Shown: one piece after another, positions 56,878 to 64,000 of the stretch | How positions within the stretch are numbered: the stretch's first letter is position 1 | Layout: each line of letters opens with the position of its first letter | From: Eledone cirrhosa | Lineage: Eukaryota | Reading direction: 5' to 3' | NCBI GenBank assembly: GCA_964016885.1 | Contig: OZ024755.1 | Coordinates: forward strand, 992,001-1,056,000 | Length of the DNA: 64,000 nt | Notes under the pieces: generated by a model | What the model was told of the DNA's origin: nothing | Seen by the model: only the letters and a program-made list of their open reading frames with translations | Databases searched by the model: none | Translations under genes and position numbers: made by a program

Positions 56878-57639
56878 GTATGTATATATATTATATTTAT
56901 GTTTTTGTTCTACAAGATTCTTGATGTGAAATCATGTGTTGGAACTGATATTGTTATATTTGGGGGTGGTCATGTTGCCAGTATTGCCAATAAAAAAAAA
57001 CACACATACACAATATCATTTTTACTTTATTTTTATTATTAGTCAAGTGTTAGTTTGCCAAAGTTCTTTCGTCACAGATTGTGACCTCCTTAATGATTTT
57101 TTTTTCTTCTGTACCTCCTCCTCTTTTTTCTGGTCTTAATCTGTTTTCATACCACAAAAACAACAAAAGAGAATATGGAGTAACAGAATAAGACCAGAAA
57201 GAAGAGGAAGAAGCACAGATGAGAACATCATCATCATCATCATCATCATCATTTTATGTCCGCTTTTCCCTGCTTGCAAGGGTGGGACGGGTCCTCTTTA
57301 GGACAGCATCTCTCCATTCATCGTGGTCTTTTGTCATCTCCTCTGTCAGCTTCAGTTATCTGAGGTTAGCTCGCACCACCTCCGGCCATGTTTTTCGTGG
57401 TCTTCCTCTACTGCATCTTCCTTCCACCAGGATTTCTTGGCACTTCTTCACCCAGGTTATATATATTACAACGTTGTTATATTACTTAACCCTTCATCAT
57501 CATATTTCTAATGAAATACAATCTATTTTAATTAATTAATTAAGAATTTTGTGGGATTTATAAAAATTATTAATTATTTCATTACTAAAATATTAACTTG
57601 ATGTGTGGTTCTGTTATGTTGCATGGTTTAATACATAGA

Positions 57640-57679
<40 letters not shown>

Positions 57680-57688
57680 AATATATAA

Positions 57689-57797
57689 ATAAATAATTAC
57701 AACAGTGACATAAACAGGTACTCAAGTTTCGTTGGGTTCTGCACCCAGAACCCAACGAAACTTAGTACCTGTTTATGTCACTGTTGTAATTATTTAT
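57689..57797. repeat. Intronic inverted repeat containing the 3' half of a hammerhead motif
   Basis: The arms flank loop CACC (57742-57745). Reads GTTGGGTTCTG/CAGAACCCAAC-GAAAC-TT(G)A-GTA-CCTG. Confidence 0.85.
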
Positions 57798-57903
57798 ACT
57801 AAACTCCTTCTATGGACTGAGTGCTCTTACTCTTGGATATTTCCACTTAACTTTTACTTCATTATATATATATATATATATATTTATCTTATCTTATTTT
57901 CAG

Positions 57904-58213
57904 GTGTTTGTCATTTATGTCAGCCTTGCCAATTTATTTGTGCATTCTTTGGATCACTACCTGGGATCTCAAATTACAGCTATTGAAAAACAGTTTAATT
58001 TACAAAGTCAAACCTCAGGAATTCTTATTAGTATAAATGATGTTGGATTTATATGTTCTGTCCTCATCATTGGCTATTTAGTTAAGAATTGTCATCGACC
58101 AAGAGTTCTGGCCACTACTAATGTTGCTGTTGGTCTTGCTATTCTTGTGTGCGCTTTGCCCTACTTCATCACACCACATCCACACTGGAGAAGCAATCAA
58201 AGCAGTGTTGTTG
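57904..58213 (+). CDS. SLCO/OATP coding exon 2
   Basis: Acceptor TTTTCAG. Encodes SQITAIEKQFNLQSQTSG, HRPRVLA and ALPYF. The probable donor is G|GCAAGT. Confidence 0.88.
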
Positions 58214-58399
58214 GCAAGTATCCATTTTATTTCCTTTTTTTTTTACTAAATCAACTTTATTATAAACAACAACATCATCATCGTTTAACGTCTATCTTCC
58301 ACGCTAGCATGGGTTAGACGGGAATTGTCCCACTTGAGACAAGATTGGTCGGGTGACCATGCCTCGCTCATATAGGACTATCTGGCAGGTGTTCTATGG

Positions 58400-58796
58400 C
58401 TATATTGATTTACAGAAGTGGAGGTATTGACCGCCTTCAGTCACAAATGACCATGGCCTTTTTACACCTAAAAAATTCCCTGCAAAGGTACAAAGTTTGG
58501 GCAAGGTGTTTTTGTGGAAGACCAGCAGTCACCCATGTCTACCTGTCTCCCCTCTCCACGACACCAGTCACCCATGTCTACCTGTCTCCCCTCTCCACGC
58601 CATCAATGTTGTCCAAGGGAAAGGTAAAGACTGATACAGCTTGGCACCAGTGACGTCACAACTCATTTCTACAACTGAGTAAACTGGAACAACCTGAAAT
58701 AAAGTGTCTTGCTCAAGGACACAACACATCACCCGGTCTGGGAATCAAACTCACAACCTCACAATTGAAAGCCCAACACTCTAACCACTAAGCAAT
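58400..58796 (-). mobile_element. SINE family A variant (intronic)
   Basis: The reverse complement has the tRNA head and CCTTGAGCAAGACACTT core. Confidence 0.75.
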
Positions 58797-59769
58797 GTAG
58801 TATTATTGATTTATAACTTCCTAATAAATATTAATGAAGTGCATAAATTGTGCCTTTTCATAAATTCATTACAGCTTATTGATCTGGAGCAAGATAGTAC
58901 CGTAGGAATATATTTCTATTTGTTTTTGTTTATTTTTGATTTTGTTGTTGTTTCTTTCATAGTCAGAGTTAGTAGAAAGTCAGATTAAATGCCTCAGTAG
59001 TTGTTTTGCTTCACTGCATTCTGAGTTCAAATCTTGCCTAGGTCAACTTTACTTTTCATTCTCTGTGTGTGTGTGTGTGTGTGCGTGTGTGTGTGTATAG
59101 CAGAGTGGAGTGGGGGTGATTTATAAATTACCAATCCAGGAGTTGGTGTATTGGAGGACTTGTAAAAGAACAACAGGATAGGGTGGTATGTAGTATCTGA
59201 TCCAGCTCTTATTATATTTTACTCTGTAAGAGTCAGGTCAGGTTTCTGTTTGCTACTGGTAGCATGTAACTCAGTACAACCTGCTTCATGGTTGAGTGGT
59301 CAGTGACTAAACCATCAGGTCTAGATCCGGTCAGGCATTTGTCTGCTACTGGTACCAAGTAACTTCATAATCGAGTGAGGCAGGTAAGTCAAACACCAGT
59401 AACACAAAACACAAGAGCTGTTAAAAGGGTGAATGAACTCCTCAGAGACAATGGCTTTCACCAACCCCTGAAAACATGACCAAAACCAAACAGAAAATGG
59501 TGGAGGTCAACCAGGGAGGGGTTCCTCTAACAGGAGTGAGAAGGTCCTGGGTCGGATTGGAAGTAAGAGGCATTCAATTAAAAGGCAGAAAGAGATATAT
59601 GTGGGTGAGAAAGGTTAGTAAATATTTAAAGTTTCAAATCATTTTATGAAGTTCAACTTGAGCCATCTCTGGTTTAGGTTCAACAATTCTAACAGAATAT
59701 TGTCAGCATATTTTAAAAGTAATTCATTTAAAACAGAATTCTTGAGATTGTTTATATTTTAGATATTAA

Positions 59770-59988
59770 TAGTTTCTAATTTAGGCACAAGGTCAATAAT
59801 TTGGGGGGAGGGGAAAGTCGATTAAATCGAAACCAGTGCATTACTGGTACTTTATTTTATCGACCCCGTAAGGATGAAAGACAAAGTTAACCTCAGTGGG
59901 ATTTGAACTCAGAATATAAAGGGCTGTAACTTTATGCTGCAAAGCATGTTGTCCAATGCTCTACCAATTCTGCCAATCCACTGCCCTA
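59770..59988 (-). mobile_element. SINE family B (intronic)
   Basis: Same core as 38203-38372. Confidence 0.82.
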
Positions 59989-60707
59989 TTTTAGATATTA
60001 ATAAACCTGGGAAAGGCTGTGGATGGTTATTAGTAATTTTAACAGCTTAAAATTAAATTTCAAACAGTTTAAAATCCACAAGTTTTTTTATAATAAAGGC
60101 TTGAGAAAATTCAAATAAATTTATAGATTAAAAATATATCCATGAAGTATACGACTAAAGAAAGAGACATTTTATCAACATAAAATATTGTGATAAAAAT
60201 TTTAATCTCAGACTTTAGATAATCAAATAAAGTGTGTATGATATTAAAGCACAACATATGACTAAAATATAACCTTGAATGATGTTTTAATAAGATTATG
60301 TGAATAACCTAGTTAATAGAGTGTGGAGGTTGTGGTAAGGGTGTTGGACTTAGTCATAATGTGGTGGGTTCAATTCCTGGACTGGGTGGTGTGTTGTGTT
60401 CTTTAGCAAAACACTTCACGTTGCTCCAGTATACTCAGCTGAAAATGAGTACCAACAATAGTTGGGGGTTTAACTATATCTTCCTCACCAGCACAACAAT
60501 GACCTCATCATCATCACAATGACCTCACCACCATCACAAAGTCTTCACCAGCACTATGTCTTCAACATCACAACTCTGTCATCATCCCAACAATATCTTC
60601 CTCACCATCACAAATAATATGAAATATTTTAAAACACCCTGTATATATTGTTATATTGAACTTTAGATAAATACACAATAAAATGTTACCTAACTATTAT
60701 TATTTAG

Positions 60708-60920
60708 CCAATAGATCACTACAGACTGATACAGCACCAAATTCAAGTATTGAGTGCAACAACCTGGAAGACGAGACATTAACTGATTCCAGTAGAATTG
60801 GTTACTATTGTATTTTAATTGGAATGTTGTTAGTTGGTGTTGGAAAAGCTGCAAGATTTCCCCTTGCCATTGCTTACATTGATGAGAATGTAGATGAAGC
60901 CCACACTGGAGGCTATGTAG
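60708..60920 (+). CDS. SLCO/OATP coding exon 3
   Basis: Encodes LIGMLLVGVGKAARFPLAIAYIDENV. Donor TAG|GTAAGT, phase 1. Confidence 0.88.
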
Positions 60921-62183
60921 GTAAGTAGGAGATATTCCGTTAAATAATTCACTCTTAACTTCCTGTAATGGTTCAGCAGAAAATATTTTAAAAGAGGTTT
61001 GTTAATTCAAATGTTTATAGTATCTTTACTACTGAAGAGAGCTTTGTATATCAACTCTTAACTTCCTGTAAGGATTCAGCAGAAAATATTTAAAATCACA
61101 TTTGGTAATTCAAATGTTTATATCTTTACAACTGTCTTGTAGCTGGAAAATAATAACTTTCATAAGAACTCCACAACCACCACACACACAACGACCACCA
61201 CACACACAACCACCACACACACATACACAACCACTGCCACATACATGTATCACACACACTGGAAAAAAAATCCAGTTTAACAAATATTAATTATTCTACT
61301 TACTTTCTGAAAATATTTTCTGTCCCAAAAATTTCTATTCGTGTCTCATATCTGCAGAGATTTTGTTCCTCAGTTGATCATCGTTCTTAATGGGGACCTC
61401 ATGTTATTAATGGTGATCTCTGCCAGGCCTAAAAACTGAGCTATTTTCTTATTCTAATTTAGTAAAACAATAGTTTGTTTTGTTTTAAAATGGTACATAA
61501 GGTAGATGGTTTAACTTAATAATAATAATGAAATTATTGTATACAGTGCTCAGGTGCACTACAACTCATCAAAGGTGCATGTATAGTACATAGAATAATA
61601 TACAAATGTCAGGGAAATGAATAGTGTATGAGTCATGATATACATGTGTGCGTGTGTATGGAGGGGGAATATTAGGTGTAGTGTTGGCGAATCTCAGGAA
61701 GCATGGAGGTTTTAACTTCTGAGAAGATATACAGAAAATGTAGCTAAGATAATGTCCAGCTTTGCTTAAACAAGCAAAGGTTTCCGCATCTTAATGAAAC
61801 TTAATGGAGCCAAGCATATTTCAATAGATTTCTGAAATTGTCAGATATTGGTACAGTAACTTGATTGATTGTATTTAACTTCACTGACCTACCAACTCAA
61901 GGCTTTCCATTTGACATTTTGATAACATCATCTTATTTAGAGTTATTAGGTCACACATACACACTATATGTATAAACGTATATATATATATATATACATA
62001 TATACATATACATAGATATATATATATATATACTAATATAAACATATGTATATATATATATATAAATATACATAGATACCAATATCTCTATATATACAAA
62101 TATATATATATATACAAATATATATAAATACAAATATATATATATATATATATACATAAATAACAATATCTCTATATATACAA

Positions 62184-62238
<55 letters not shown>

Positions 62239-62389
62239 AAAGGTAAACAGAAATAACAACACAATCGATTCAGTATATGGAAGGTATATATTAGGTTAAC
62301 GCTTGATATAGCAGGAAGTGTGTGTGTGTGTGTATATAGAGGTACAATTATGTTTAAATATGCAAATATATATTAATTTTTCCTTCCAG

Positions 62390-62476
62390 GAGTCTTAAAT
62401 GGAATGAATTGTTTCGGCCCAGTTGTAGTGTTTTCTCTTGGAGGATATTTCAGTAAACAATATGTTACTCTTGAAA
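62390..62476 (+). CDS. SLCO/OATP coding exon 4
   Basis: Acceptor TTCCAG. Encodes GVLNGMNCFGPVVVFSLGGYFSKQYVTLE. Donor A|GTAAGT. Confidence 0.88.
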
Positions 62477-62696
62477 GTAAGTACCACTACCACTATCACC
62501 ACTACCACAACCATTGTCACCACCACTACCACTATAACAGTCACCCCAACAACCATCACTTCTACTGTTACCCCAACAACCACCACAAACAATAGTAGTG
62601 GTATATAGAGAATAACAGTTTTGTAAATTAATTGAAATATAAATAAAATACCTTCAAAATAAACTTGAATGACATTTTTCTCTTTCTTTTTTCCAG

Positions 62697-62864
62697 AAAC
62701 TCCTTTTAAGCCATCTGATCGTCAGTGGATTGGGGCTTGGTGGCTGGGATTCCTTACTTTTGGTCTGGCAGCTATAATAATGTCTCTACCATTATTTCTA
62801 TTTCCAAGAAAATTAAGGGAGAGTGAGAATAAACCAGAGAAGAAGAAGACTTTATCCCTTAAAG
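62697..62864 (+). CDS. SLCO/OATP coding exon 5 (family signature)
   Basis: DRQWIGAWWLGFL matches the OATP signature D-x-RW-[IV]-GAWW-x-G-[FL]-L with R>Q. LFPRKL is also present. Splice sites are canonical. Confidence 0.93.
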
Positions 62865-63133
62865 GTAAATATAACACAATCTACACAGCAGCAGACTTAT
62901 AGGTAGACCCTGCCGAGCAAGAAGGTTGGATAACATCCACGAGCTTGGCTGGTCTCATTTGGGAATCCAGCCGGATCAGTTGGAGAGGGTTGCTTCTGAC
63001 ATGACCCACTGGAAGGTGTGTTTCAGGAATCTCCCCCACGACCCTCTCAGGAATATGTAAGCAAAGAAAAAAAGAAGATTAATATAAACGAATGGATAAC
63101 ACTAATAGTTACACTTACTAAACTAAATTAATA

Positions 63134-63316
63134 ATTGTTTCTACTTTTGGCACAAGGCCAGCAATTACTCAGTACATTACTGGTACTTTATTTTATCGAC
63201 CCCGTAAGGATGAAAGGCAAAGTTAACCTCGGCCAGATTTGAACTCAGACCGTAAAGGGACGTAACTATACTGGAAAGTATGGTGTCCGACTCTCTACCG
63301 ATACTGCCAATCCACC
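63134..63316 (-). mobile_element. SINE family B (intronic)
   Basis: Same core as 38203-38372. Confidence 0.83.
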
Positions 63317-63440
63317 CAAACTAAAGTAATAATCCTGTTTTGTACTTTTCAAATATGTCTTGATAATGTGGTTTGATGTGGTACAGGACATTATGAGTTA
63401 ATATTAACCATTCTTAATTTTGTTATACTTTCTTTCTTAG

Positions 63441-63605
63441 ATATGATCCAGACATTTTATAACATGATCAAAAACCCATTATTGATTTTAATCCTCGGCC
63501 ATGTAAGTCTTGCCATATTTTCTGCCTCTGGTATGTTACCTTTTATACCAAAATATTTTGAAACTCAATTTAAATGGACTTCGTGGAAAACTAATATTGT
63601 TGTCA
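63441..63605 (+). CDS. SLCO/OATP coding exon 6
   Basis: Encodes MIKNP...FIPKYFETQF. Acceptor TTCTTAG and donor A|GTGAGT. Confidence 0.9.
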
Positions 63606-63859
63606 GTGAGTTGTGTTTTCTTTTATTTCATCATCATCACCACTACCACCACCACCACTACTACCACCACCACCAACACCACTACTACTACCACCACCAC
63701 CATCACTACTACCACCACCACCCCCTCCTCCAAATCTATTTGGGGCTCACAAAATCTTTAAGATTTTTACACATTTATTTTATACCAAATTACTATTCCT
63801 ACAACAGGTAGTTAAAATACTATATTGGATACCATTTTTCTACTTTTAAACCCTCATAG

Positions 63860-64000
63860 GTACCACATTTGTCCTCATGTCTGCTATTGGAATGATTATT
63901 GGTGGTGCCATTACAAGCTTCTTCAAGATGGATCTAAGAACATGTTTGAAATTTTCTATGTATCTTGTAACCTGTGACCTTCTTTTGGTCTGGATACCAA
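63860..64000 (+). CDS. SLCO/OATP coding exon 7 (runs off the window)
   Basis: Phase-1 acceptor CATAG. Encodes STTFVLMSAIGMIIGGAITSFFKM, and the frame is open to the window end. Confidence 0.82.

Noticed and set aside
63606-63849. Poly-His, poly-Thr and poly-Pro ORF extensions (also 62477-62595)
   Set aside because: These are intronic (CAC/CAT/TAC)n microsatellites lying after strong splice donors.

Overview
This is AT-rich eukaryotic (animal) genomic DNA. The repeat make-up points to a cephalopod or other mollusc (inference). It contains large (TA)n/(TATG)n microsatellite fields, which account for all the long Ile/Tyr/Met ORFs in the ORF track. It also contains decayed RTE-clade LINE fragments, two tRNA-derived SINE families and several MITEs. 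A ~24-kb satellite array of 41/30-bp monomers has higher-order repeats, an internal strand switch and a 200-N gap. There are two divergently oriented genes: a single-coding-exon SLC25A51-like mitochondrial carrier (minus) and the first seven coding exons of an SLCO/OATP transporter (plus), whose intron 2 probably has a GC donor. The most notable signal is a set of short non-coding islands, unrelated in sequence and embedded in (TA)n tracts, that fold as minimal type-I hammerhead ribozymes (HHRs). Four loci are complete; two of these are duplicated as outward-facing inverted repeats. Several more are half or degenerate motifs. They show recurrent non-canonical core features (U3-A8 covariation, a C.A mismatch at the base of stem II), a shared covarying hairpin downstream, and fold-backs centred on stem II. 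They look like non-autonomous Penelope-like or retrozyme-like elements associated with TA repeats.
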